Assembly: GCA_017448685.1 (NCBI GenBank)
Contig: JAFSKY010000124.1
Coordinates: 1 to 50,347, forward strand
Length of the DNA stretch: 50,347 nt
Direction: 5' to 3'
DNA from: Synergistaceae bacterium
Lineage (GTDB): Bacteria; Synergistota; Synergistia; Synergistales; Aminobacteriaceae
Part shown: positions 26,949 through 35,613 of the stretch, piece by piece
Numbering within the stretch: the stretch's first letter is position 1
Layout of the letters: the number at the start of each line of letters is the position of its first letter
Program-made: the position numbers and the translations under genes
Notes under the pieces: generated by a model
Told to the model about the DNA's origin: nothing
The model's input: only the letters and a program-made list of their open reading frames with translations
The model's database searches: none

Positions 26949-27299
26949 ATGAGGGTAAAAGGCGCATCACAGAGCAACAACAAGCGCAAAAAGCTATTCA
27001 CCATCACAAAAGGCTATTGGGGTCAGCGCAAGAACGTTTACCGCCGTGCAAGAGAAGCATATTTGGCGGCACTCTCACGGGCATACAATGACCGCAAACG
27101 CAAAAAGAGAGATTTCCGCCGTCTTTGGATTACGAGAATTAGCGCGGCAGTAAGGGCAGAAGGCATGAGCTATAGCGTATTCATGAACGGCCTCAAGAAA
27201 GCAGGAATCAACCTCAACCGCAAAATGCTGTCAGAACTGGCTATCCATGACGCAAAAGCCTTCAGCGAACTCGTTGCAAAGGTAAAGGCCGCTTTGTAA
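26949..27299 (+). CDS. rplT: 50S ribosomal protein L20
   Basis: MRVKGA....RKK......KGYWG. Confidence 0.95.
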   Translation: MRVKGASQSNNKRKKLFTITKGYWGQRKNVYRRAREAYLAALSRAYNDRKRKKRDFRRLWITRISAAVRAEGMSYSVFMNGLKKAGINLNRKMLSELAIHDAKAFSELVAKVKAAL

Positions 27300-28348
27300 T
27301 GCCGGAAGATATGAACATTAACGCTGTGAGGGATTCTTTCACCGAGTCCCTCGCAGGGGCTTCAACCCTTCAGGAATTAGACGAAATACGCGTAAAGTTC
27401 ACAGGCAAAAAAGGCACATTAACCCAGCTCCTACGCTCATTAGGAAAACTCCCTCCCGAAAAACGCAAAGAAATAGGCCAATCCCTTAACACCCTACGTG
27501 ATGAAATCGAGAACGAATTAGACCTTGCCGGACGCAGAATCCGCGACTCTGAGAATGAGAAGCAAGAGATCTCAGAGCGTATTGACGTTACGTTGCCGCA
27601 AAAAGGCAGAATCTCAGGGGCATTCCATCCTGTATTGCAGACAATGCACGAGCTTGCTGACATAATGCAGGGACTCGGCTATTCTGTTGCGTCAGGGCCG
27701 GAAGTCGAAGAGGATTACTACAACTTTGAATGCTTGAACGTCCCACCTTGGCATCCCGCCAGAGACATGCAAGATACATTCTACTTCCCTGACGGAAAAT
27801 TGCTGAGGACTCACACTTCTCCCGTTCAAATACGCTCAATGCTCCAATACGGCGCGCCATTGAGAATCGTTTGCCCTGGTAAAGTCTACAGGCGCGACAA
27901 TGACACAACACACTCCCCAATGTTTACCCAGATGGAAGGGCTGTTAGTCGACAAAAACGTCTCATTCAGCATGATGAAAGGCACAATGTCGGAAATGTTG
28001 AACGCGTTTTTCGGAAAAAGTTTGCGCTACAGATTCCGTGCAAGCTATTTCCCATTCACAGAACCTTCAATGGAGCTGGATATGGAATGCGTAGAATGTT
28101 CCGGCCATGATGCACACTGCCGTGTGTGTCATGGAACAGGCTGGCTTGAGGTCGCTGGGATGGGCATGGTTCATCCGAATGTAATACGCGCAGGCAAGAT
28201 TGACCCAGACGAGTACAACGGGTTTGCGTTTGGGATTGGGCTTGACCGCATGGCCATGCTCAAATACGGTATAGGGGATTTACGGCTGTTCTTTGACGGC
28301 AATATTTCATACTTCATGTCAGGCTTCGGAGGTGCGGAAAAATGTTAA
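27299..28348 (+). CDS. pheS: Phenylalanine--tRNA ligase alpha subunit
   Basis: Motifs HPARDMQDTFY, FRASYFPFTEPS and GFAFGIGLDR. Confidence 0.95.
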   Translation: MPEDMNINAVRDSFTESLAGASTLQELDEIRVKFTGKKGTLTQLLRSLGKLPPEKRKEIGQSLNTLRDEIENELDLAGRRIRDSENEKQEISERIDVTLPQKGRISGAFHPVLQTMHELADIMQGLGYSVASGPEVEEDYYNFECLNVPPWHPARDMQDTFYFPDGKLLRTHTSPVQIRSMLQYGAPLRIVCPGKVYRRDNDTTHSPMFTQMEGLLVDKNVSFSMMKGTMSEMLNAFFGKSLRYRFRASYFPFTEPSMELDMECVECSGHDAHCRVCHGTGWLEVAGMGMVHPNVIRAGKIDPDEYNGFAFGIGLDRMAMLKYGIGDLRLFFDGNISYFMSGFGGAEKC

Positions 28349-30759
28349 TCTCATGGGAACTCCTGAAGAATTTTATCGACATTGAGCCGCTCAATCTCAC
28401 TCCTGAAGAATTAGCTGAACGACTCACATTCTCAGGCTCTGAAGTCGAAGGCATAACCTATTGTGCCGGAAAAATGAAGAGTGTTATCGCCGCAAAAATT
28501 GCCTCACTCGAAACGCATTCAGCTGACAGTAAGTATTCAATCGCTCACCTTGACACAGGTGCAGGGATTCATGTCTGCATAACCAGCGCACATAACATGA
28601 AGGCCGGGGATATGGTCTTCTACGCTGGCGAGGGAGCAATATTGCCGGGCGGAATGGAGTTAGGCGCAAGGGATTTTCACGGGGTAATGAGCTATGGAAT
28701 GATGTTATCCGCTGAGGAGCTTGGGCTTCATGATGTCGATGATCCTTCCGGGCTGTTAATCCTCCCCAATGACGCGAGGCCGGGCGATAAAGCTGAGAGC
28801 CTCTATCACATTGGCGATGTAATTCTCGATGTCTCTATCACTCCTAACAGGGGCGATTTGCTGAGTCATTTGGGCATGGCGCGTGAAATCAAAGGCTTGT
28901 ACCCCAAATCAACGCTCAAATTCCCGGAATGGATGAGGCCGCTTAAACAGGACAAAGAATGGTCAGAGGATTTCGGGAAAATCTCATTGCCGGATAAAGG
29001 TTGTTACGCCTACAGGTTAGGACTCGCCACAGGGGCAAAGATAGCAGACTCACCACTCACCGCAAAAGTTGACCTCGCTCACCTGGGAATGCGTCCCATC
29101 AATAACGCTGTTGACGTTACGAACTATGTAATGCTCATGTTAGGCCAGCCCTTACACGCGTTTGACCTCAACACGCTTCCAGCACGTGAAATCACAGTTA
29201 GGGCTGCTCATGATGGCGAGCATATGATGACGCTTGACGGTAAAGACAGGGCTTTGACCGAACGAGACATGCTCATTACGTCAGGAGGCGAGGCAATAGC
29301 CTTAGCGGGAGTCATGGGCGGTGAACAGACTGGCATTAACCCTGACACGACAACAATCGTAATTGAGAGCGCAAGTTTCTCACCCGTGAGAGTGGGACAT
29401 ACTTCAAGGAGGCTAGGCATAAACTCTGAGGCAGCATTCAGATTCGCAAGGACTGTTGACCCTGCGTTGAGCAAATCCGCACTCATGGCCGCGTCTGCTC
29501 TCATGTGTGAATGGTGCGGGGCTGATGTAAGCTACAAGCCCTTGTCCGCCGAGAATGAGATACATTCCCCCAAAGCCGTAACTCTGACACGTAAAAAGCT
29601 GTCAACATATCTCTCATGGGACAACATGAACGATGCCGCAAAAATCCTTGAGGGCTTCGGGATAACACAGCTCAAGGGTGGCGATGATGAACGCGAATTT
29701 ATGCCGCCAACCTCACGACCTGACATTACGATTGAAGAGGATCTAATTGAGGAGATTGGGCGTTTCAGAGGGTATAACGAGACTGAAGAGAGATTGCCCG
29801 GCGAAATGCCAAGACGCGCCGACATTGGGCAGTCTATGAGGCTCTCAGCGTTTGTGCGCAATACCCTAATGGCTAGGGGCTACACTGAGGTATTGACGTA
29901 TAGCTTCCTCCCTGAAGATTTCCCCGAAAAGCTCAGGCTTCCTCCCGATGATATACGCGCAAAGCCCTTAACCCTCGCTAACCCCATAAGCCGCGAACAA
30001 ACTGCAATGCGTACGACTCTTTTGCCGGGACTTTTGGCGGGCATGAAGACGGCTATAGCTTCAGGATGGCGCGAACCTGTGAGGATATTCGAGCAAGGAA
30101 GAGTCTTCATCCGTGAGGGAGATTCACACATTGAGCCGGAACATGTCGCAGGACTCATCTTCAACGGCATGGATATTCGCTCCCCTTCAGGCAATCGCAA
30201 TGAGGATTTCTACACCGTCAAGGCCGATATTGAGTCGCTCATCACAGCTAGGGGATATAACCCTGTGTTTGTGCCGGGTCATGAGACTTTCACACACGCC
30301 GGGCAAACTGCTGACATTCTCGTTGACGGCGCGAAAATTGGATTTGCCGCAAGACTCAAACCAGCGATTGAGCAGGAACTTGACGTTGTCGGAGTGTATG
30401 TGTTTGAGCTTGACATGACCAGCATAGCCGAGTCGAGGAAGCCAGAATTTTCCCCAGCAAGCTCTTTCCCAGCGTCATTCAGGGATATATCCATCATGGC
30501 CGCCAATGACAGACGCAATGACGACATAATGACCGACATACGCGAGTCAGTGAATGAGGCCGGAAATGATGACATTCAGCTTGATGGATTGAGGCTGTTT
30601 GACGTTTACGCGGGTAAAGGAATCCCGGATGGCTTCAGGAGTATGGCGTATAGCATGAGCTATCGTTCACGCGTGAAGACTCTCACGGTTGATGAGGTTG
30701 AAACACTGCATAACGGAGTCCGCGAGGCCATGAAACGCAAAGGCTATGTGATACGCTGA
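28342..30759 (+). CDS. pheT: Phenylalanine--tRNA ligase beta subunit
   Basis: 805 aa, beginning MLISWELLKNFID, with B3/4, B5 and FDX-ACB-like regions. It overlaps the pheS stop. Confidence 0.93.
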   Translation: MLISWELLKNFIDIEPLNLTPEELAERLTFSGSEVEGITYCAGKMKSVIAAKIASLETHSADSKYSIAHLDTGAGIHVCITSAHNMKAGDMVFYAGEGAILPGGMELGARDFHGVMSYGMMLSAEELGLHDVDDPSGLLILPNDARPGDKAESLYHIGDVILDVSITPNRGDLLSHLGMAREIKGLYPKSTLKFPEWMRPLKQDKEWSEDFGKISLPDKGCYAYRLGLATGAKIADSPLTAKVDLAHLGMRPINNAVDVTNYVMLMLGQPLHAFDLNTLPAREITVRAAHDGEHMMTLDGKDRALTERDMLITSGGEAIALAGVMGGEQTGINPDTTTIVIESASFSPVRVGHTSRRLGINSEAAFRFARTVDPALSKSALMAASALMCEWCGADVSYKPLSAENEIHSPKAVTLTRKKLSTYLSWDNMNDAAKILEGFGITQLKGGDDEREFMPPTSRPDITIEEDLIEEIGRFRGYNETEERLPGEMPRRADIGQSMRLSAFVRNTLMARGYTEVLTYSFLPEDFPEKLRLPPDDIRAKPLTLANPISREQTAMRTTLLPGLLAGMKTAIASGWREPVRIFEQGRVFIREGDSHIEPEHVAGLIFNGMDIRSPSGNRNEDFYTVKADIESLITARGYNPVFVPGHETFTHAGQTADILVDGAKIGFAARLKPAIEQELDVVGVYVFELDMTSIAESRKPEFSPASSFPASFRDISIMAANDRRNDDIMTDIRESVNEAGNDDIQLDGLRLFDVYAGKGIPDGFRSMAYSMSYRSRVKTLTVDEVETLHNGVREAMKRKGYVIR

Positions 30760-30821
30760 CACACATAAAAATATTCCGTCCCCCTGCACACAACGCGGGG
30801 GGATTTTTTTTGCCGTAAATT

Positions 30822-30950
30822 TGCAAGAAAAACTGACGGCACTCTTGAACATGACCGCGCATTTGTCCGTGCGTATCAAAAGACTCTCATGGTTGATGAG
30901 GCTGAAGCGTTGAGGCCATGAAGCACAAAGGCTATGTGATACGCTGACAC
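30822..30950. repeat. Degenerate duplicated mosaic: a fragment of the downstream gene (cf. 31101-31170) fused to a fragment of the pheT 3' end (cf. 30675-30762), plus a second terminator copy
   Basis: I aligned the segments by eye. The terminator-like hairpin + T-run occurs twice (30781-30810 and 30950-30980). Confidence 0.8.
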
Positions 30951-31013
30951 CTGCACACATAGCGGGGGGATTTTTTTTTTGCTCTGCTACAATACAGCAG
31001 GGTGATTTTTTTG

Positions 31014-31241
31014 ATGGCAGTGAATCTCAATGACGCAGAATATTTTGCTGACACAATCATGAACCGCGTAGAGCAATTACTGAATGAGCGCGACATTTTA
31101 CGCCGTGAACTTGCAAGAAAGACTGACGGAACTCTTGAACATGACCGCGCATTTGTCCGTGCATATCAAAACAGCGTAATCGACAGTGCAGCAGCCTCCG
31201 AGAAAATAGCCAGGCTTGAATATATGCTCTCAATAAGGTGA
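31014..31241 (+). CDS. Coiled-coil hypothetical protein upstream of zapA
   Basis: Heptad-like sequence and conserved position. The alternative start is GTG 31002. Confidence 0.5.
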   Translation: MAVNLNDAEYFADTIMNRVEQLLNERDILRRELARKTDGTLEHDRAFVRAYQNSVIDSAAASEKIARLEYMLSIR

Positions 31242-31245
31242 TGAC

Positions 31246-31488
31246 ATGAGGACTTCACGCGATGTATTTCTCACAATAGGCAAAGGAAGCTACACAATCC
31301 ACACTCCTCTTGAGAATGACGAAATCGACAGGATAAAGGCTCTAATCGATGAGGCTTGCGGTGAAATCGTCAAAGGAGCTAAGCAGGAAGATATGCTCAT
31401 GCTAACGTGCTTGAAGCTGGCGTATTCTCTTGATGCCGTGAATGAAAAGCTCAGGAAGATTCTTGAGAGGATTGACGGCGAAAACTGA
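31246..31488 (+). CDS. zapA: Cell division protein ZapA
   Basis: 80 aa, V.L.I.G..Y.I....ENDE..I..LA pattern, located after pheST as in Firmicutes. Confidence 0.6.
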   Translation: MRTSRDVFLTIGKGSYTIHTPLENDEIDRIKALIDEACGEIVKGAKQEDMLMLTCLKLAYSLDAVNEKLRKILERIDGEN

Positions 31489-31505
31489 CGCAAGGAGGTT
31501 TTGAC

Positions 31506-31634
31506 ATGGCCGGAATAATTTTCGGAGCGTTCGTAATAGCAGGGATATATTTTGCGCTGAAATATCTCAGGGGCAATAAGCACTGCAACCACAATTGCCG
31601 CGAATGCCGCCACCCCTGCAAGGCAAGAATATAA
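31506..31634 (+). CDS. 42-aa TM + Cys-rich mini-protein (FeoB-associated Cys-rich membrane protein type)
   Basis: Not in the ORF track (<60 aa). AAGGAGG sits 7 nt upstream. Sequence: MAGIIFGAFVIAGIYFALKYLRGNKHCNHNCRECRHPCKARI. Confidence 0.5.
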   Translation: MAGIIFGAFVIAGIYFALKYLRGNKHCNHNCRECRHPCKARI

Positions 31635-31689
31635 TCTCCCGGGCGTGATATGATTTGCGGGTCAATTCCACGAAGGGAGATTTACATTC

Positions 31690-32142
31690 ATGAAAGTGAT
31701 ACTGAAATCGGACGTGAGCAAACTCGGCAAAGCTGGCTCACTCGTTGAGGTAAGCGATGGCCACGCAAGGAACTTCCTCATACCTAGGGGACTCGCAATT
31801 GAGGCTACACCCGGCAAGCTCAACGAATGGAAGAATGAGCAAGCCCGCCTCAAGGCCAAAGACGAAAAAGACCGCGCACAAGCATTAACCCTCCAGAAAA
31901 CACTTCAGGGCAAATCCATAACAGTTGAGGGCAAAGCAGGCGAGAACGGAAAACTTTTCGGGAGCATAACCGCCGCCCAAATCGCCGAAGCTCTCGAAAC
32001 ACAGCACGGGCTGAAGGATTTTGACAGGCGCAACATCAAACTTGACGACACAATCAAGCAGCCCGGTAATTTCCCCATATCGCTCAAACTTTATCCCGGC
32101 ATACAGGCTGATATGACACTCACAGTCAAGGCCGCTCAGTGA
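31690..32142 (+). CDS. rplI: 50S ribosomal protein L9
   Basis: MKVILKSDVSKLGKAGSLVEVSDGHARNFLIPRGLA. Confidence 0.95.
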   Translation: MKVILKSDVSKLGKAGSLVEVSDGHARNFLIPRGLAIEATPGKLNEWKNEQARLKAKDEKDRAQALTLQKTLQGKSITVEGKAGENGKLFGSITAAQIAEALETQHGLKDFDRRNIKLDDTIKQPGNFPISLKLYPGIQADMTLTVKAAQ

Positions 32143-33497
32143 TGGATTACAGGCAGCCTCAGCCCCTCCCAAGTAGCCGAGAAGCTGAACGCTCCGTTAT
32201 TGGCGCGTGCATGATCTCAAAGGAGGCACTAGACAGCGCAATAGAGATTCTCAGGCCGGATGATTTCTACGACCCAGCTTGCCGCATAATATTCAACACG
32301 TTGTCAGCGATATACCTTGCGGATAAGCCAGCCGACCTCGTTACGGTGTCAGATGAGCTTAAAGCGCAGGGTGAATATGACCGTCTCGGTGGCATGGTGT
32401 TTCTTGCCGGGCTGATGTCGTCAGTAGCCACAACCGCAAACGTAATCACACATGCCGAAATCATCAGGGATTACGCCGTAAGAAGAAGGCTCATTGACGC
32501 GGGGAACAGGATAGTTGCCCTTGCATATCAGGCAGACAAAAGCGTTAAAGAAATCACAGAGGAAGCCGAAAAACTCATATCCGAAGCTGCCCACAACAAA
32601 AGCTCCGATGATGTCAGGCATGTCCGCGAAATCATAGGGCCTGTGTTCGTTGAGGTTGAAGAGAGGATGAAACGCAACGGCTCAAACCTCACGGGATTCG
32701 AGACAGGATTCGCCGACCTTGACGCGTTCACAGGGGGATTACAGCCCGGAAGCCTCACGATTATTGCGGCTCGTCCGTCAATGGGGAAAACAGCTTTTGC
32801 CGTCAACATAGCTCAATTCGGCGGGGGTAAAGGCAACAATATTCCCGTACTGATATTCAGCCTCGAAATGCCAGCGGAACAACTCGTGCTGAGGATGCTA
32901 GCGGCTGAGTCTATGGTGAACCTTTCATCACTCACGGCAGGAACGTTTGACACTGACGGCTATAGAATGGTGAAGGAGGCTTGCGCTGTTCTGGCGAAAC
33001 GCGATATTTACATCAGTGATACTAGCGAGCTTTCTGCGATTGATTTCCGTACACGTTGCAGGCGATTCAAGACTCACCATCCTGATTTAGGGCTTGTGAT
33101 TGTGGATTACCTGCAATTGATGAGTTCAGGCGAGAAGCGTGGTTCTGAGGGAAGGCAGCAAGAAGTCTCTGACATTTCGCGAATGTTGAAGGCTACAGCG
33201 AGGGAGCTTGAATGCCCGGTAATAGCCTTGTCGCAATTGTCGCGGGCTGCTGAGAATAGAACGGAGAAGAAGCCGCAACTCTCAGACTTGCGCGACTCTG
33301 GAGCGATTGAACAGGATGCGGATGTTGTGTTGCTGATGTTCAGGGAAGACTATTACAGCGACAACGAGAATAACGACCTCACTAACAGCCAGGCAGATAT
33401 ACGAGTCGCCAAGAACAGGAACGGCGGTACAGGGATATTTCACCTGACGTTTGAGCGTGAGTTTACGCGATTCAGGAATCATGGCGAGGAGTTTTAG
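32139..33497 (+). CDS. dnaB: Replicative DNA helicase DnaB
   Basis: PSSREAERSVIGA, Walker A ARPSMGKTAF, and LSQLSR. Confidence 0.95.
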   Translation: MMDYRQPQPLPSSREAERSVIGACMISKEALDSAIEILRPDDFYDPACRIIFNTLSAIYLADKPADLVTVSDELKAQGEYDRLGGMVFLAGLMSSVATTANVITHAEIIRDYAVRRRLIDAGNRIVALAYQADKSVKEITEEAEKLISEAAHNKSSDDVRHVREIIGPVFVEVEERMKRNGSNLTGFETGFADLDAFTGGLQPGSLTIIAARPSMGKTAFAVNIAQFGGGKGNNIPVLIFSLEMPAEQLVLRMLAAESMVNLSSLTAGTFDTDGYRMVKEACAVLAKRDIYISDTSELSAIDFRTRCRRFKTHHPDLGLVIVDYLQLMSSGEKRGSEGRQQEVSDISRMLKATARELECPVIALSQLSRAAENRTEKKPQLSDLRDSGAIEQDADVVLLMFREDYYSDNENNDLTNSQADIRVAKNRNGGTGIFHLTFEREFTRFRNHGEEF

Positions 33498-33504
33498 CCG
33501 GGAC

Positions 33505-33545
33505 GCAAAAACGGGGGGCAGCATGAACCACACAACCCCCCGCTG
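33505..33545. terminator. Hairpin between convergent dnaB and the permease gene
   Basis: CGGGGGGcagcatgaaccacacaaCCCCCCG. The flanking U-runs are weak. Confidence 0.45.
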
Positions 33546-33551
33546 TAATTC

Positions 33552-34772
33552 TCATTCCGTCCTCAATGCGTCTATAGGGTCAAGGTTTGAAGCCTTCCAC
33601 GCAGGCCAGAACCCAAACACCACTCCCACGAACGCCGAGAACCCCGCCGCAATTACGACAGATTGCCCGGAAATCAGAGTCGCCCATCCGAGAAATGACG
33701 TTACAGCCTTTGATATTCCCACGCCCATTGAGATACCTATTGCCCCGCCCAATAATGACAACACTACAGCTTCCGTCAGGAATTGCACTCTCACATTTGA
33801 CGGCCTCGCGCCTACTGCCATTCGGATACCGATTTCACGAGTACGCTCACTCACTGACACCAACATGATATTCATGATGCCTATTCCGCCAACAAGCAAC
33901 GAGATTGACGCAACAGCCCCTAGCAACATGCTCATTACGTTTGCTGTGCTGGCCATGCTCTCTTGAATCTCCGTGAGGTTGCGAACGTCAAAATCATTCT
34001 CGACTCCTTCCGTCAATCTGTGGCGTTGACGTAACAGCGATATTGCTTCATTCTCGGCAGGGGTCATTGAGTCGCGGTCTTTTGCCTGAACGTTTATGCG
34101 CCTCACGCTGTCAGAACGTGTACCCATACGGACAAGCCGCCTTTGAGCCGTTGTTACTGGCACGAGGACAAAATCATCCTGATCCTGACCCCATGAATTT
34201 GCGCCCTTCTTCGTGGTCATCCCGACAACCCTAAAAGGTATGCTCTTGATTCTGATTGTCGCGTCAATAGGGTCTGAATACCCAAATAACTCCTTCGCTA
34301 CTGTTTGGCCGATTATGCACACTTTTGCGCCCGAACGAACATCCTGCTCCGTGAACATTCCGCCGCTCTCGATTGTCCAGTTACGCACCTGCAATATATC
34401 CGGCGTGCTTCCTGTAATGCTGGTGTTCCAGTTTGAATTGCCGTATATCACCTGCGCTGAAGTACTCACCTCCGGGGCTGTACGAGCAATATAGAATGTC
34501 TCATCGGCTAGGGCGTATGAGTCATCTAGTGTGAGTGATTCCCCTGAACCTGCCGCGCCTCTTGCACCCGTTGAATTTGGCGGTGCTGGCATCACTATTA
34601 GCATGTTTGAACCGAAGCCGGCCATTGCGCTTTCAACTTGCTGTGAAGCCCCGCGACCTATTGCGACCATCGTTATCACAGCTCCAACGCCGATTATTAT
34701 CCCCAGCATTGTCAGAAGGGAACGAGTCCTATTGCTGAGGAGTGAGCGTAAAGCTGTCCTGATTATTTCCAT
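33552..34772 (-). CDS. ABC transporter permease, MacB/FtsX family
   Basis: MEIIRTALRSLLSNRTRSLLTMLGIIIGV, a large periplasmic loop, and a C-terminal FtsX-like 3-TM region. No adjacent ATPase gene. Confidence 0.85.
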   Translation of the reverse strand: MEIIRTALRSLLSNRTRSLLTMLGIIIGVGAVITMVAIGRGASQQVESAMAGFGSNMLIVMPAPPNSTGARGAAGSGESLTLDDSYALADETFYIARTAPEVSTSAQVIYGNSNWNTSITGSTPDILQVRNWTIESGGMFTEQDVRSGAKVCIIGQTVAKELFGYSDPIDATIRIKSIPFRVVGMTTKKGANSWGQDQDDFVLVPVTTAQRRLVRMGTRSDSVRRINVQAKDRDSMTPAENEAISLLRQRHRLTEGVENDFDVRNLTEIQESMASTANVMSMLLGAVASISLLVGGIGIMNIMLVSVSERTREIGIRMAVGARPSNVRVQFLTEAVVLSLLGGAIGISMGVGISKAVTSFLGWATLISGQSVVIAAGFSAFVGVVFGFWPAWKASNLDPIDALRTE

Positions 34773-34920
34773 GATGCATAACAACTCCTTTGCGAATTTT
34801 GCGGGCAATTATAGATTATTCTGCGACTATGCATTTAATGAGGAGCGCGAAAATTTTAATGTTATAATAGCCTCACTCACAGAAAATTTTATGCCTACAA
34901 GGGAGGAAGTTTTTATCGTC

Positions 34921-35469
34921 ATGGAACCGTTCTACAAGACCTACAAGCCCGCATGGAAAAGTTTCTACAAGCTGCTATTTCTCGCATTGTTGCTGCTCAT
35001 ACTCGCTGGAATCGGAAGCGTTTGGGGGCCATTAACTGAGGGCGCAAAAAAAACTTGGATGTGGATTGCCGTTATCGTGATTGACGTTCTCATACTCTTT
35101 TACGTAGTCGTCAAACGCTGGACAATGTCTCTTGTTCTCCGCGACAACCCTGACAAAGCTGAAGACCAAGAAGTAGCCTTCATCGAATGCGACCCCTTAA
35201 AGCCGTTCAGCTCCGATTTCCGCAAGTCAATCGAAATTGGCCTCGCTAACATCATACACATCAAGGTCGGTCAAACGATGATGCAGACAATCCTCAACAT
35301 TGGCGATGTCATCATAACGTCATCAGGAACAGGGGCAGAAGAGATTTTTGCGCACAACATCCCCGACCCTAACGCCGTACGCGACGAGATACAGATACAC
35401 GCCAGGAAATACACCATGCCGGCAGGGTCAGCGAGTTCATCATCATCAGAGGCCACGCCGGGAATTTAA
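34921..35469 (+). CDS. Membrane protein with a bacterial PH (YdbT-like) domain
   Basis: Two TM segments are followed by ...VGQTMMQTILNIGDVIITSSGTGAEEIFAHNIPDPNAVRDEI. The track ORF start at 34531 is antisense shadow. ATG 34891 is an alternative start. Confidence 0.45.
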   Translation: MEPFYKTYKPAWKSFYKLLFLALLLLILAGIGSVWGPLTEGAKKTWMWIAVIVIDVLILFYVVVKRWTMSLVLRDNPDKAEDQEVAFIECDPLKPFSSDFRKSIEIGLANIIHIKVGQTMMQTILNIGDVIITSSGTGAEEIFAHNIPDPNAVRDEIQIHARKYTMPAGSASSSSSEATPGI

Positions 35470-35500
35470 CCCACAGCACCCTTACACGCAGACAACAAAC

Positions 35501-35538
35501 GGGAGCTTCTGCCGCAATGACGTTAGCCCCCGTTTTTA
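35501..35538 (+). terminator. Intrinsic terminator after the PH-domain gene
   Basis: GGGAGCT...AGCCCCC followed by gTTTTTa. Confidence 0.55.
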
Positions 35539-35543
35539 TTTGG

Positions 35544-35613
35544 CCACTATCCACTATCCACTATCCACTATCCACTATCCACTATCCACTACCCACTACA
35601 CACTACACACTAT
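35544..35613. repeat. Heptanucleotide tandem array: (CCACTAT)x6 then 4 degenerate units
   Basis: Six perfect copies (35544-35585), then CCACTAC, CCACTAC, ACACTAC, ACACTAT. The last unit overlaps the kinase stop codon. Confidence 0.95.

Noticed and set aside
30667-30960. 97-aa minus-strand ORF after pheT
   Set aside because: It spans the duplication scar and the pheT 3' end in antisense. It has no RBS and is an artefact of the duplicated sequence.
33552-34772. Orphan MacB-type permease lacking adjacent ATPase and adaptor genes
   Set aside because: The partner genes are probably encoded elsewhere. Nothing in the sequence itself is unusual.
34531-34890. Upstream part of the 312-aa plus ORF, and the 33451..33966 and 33587..33868 plus ORFs
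   Set aside because: They are antisense to the MacB/FtsX permease gene. A promoter (TATAAT 34864-34869) and RBS place the real start at 34921 (or 34891).
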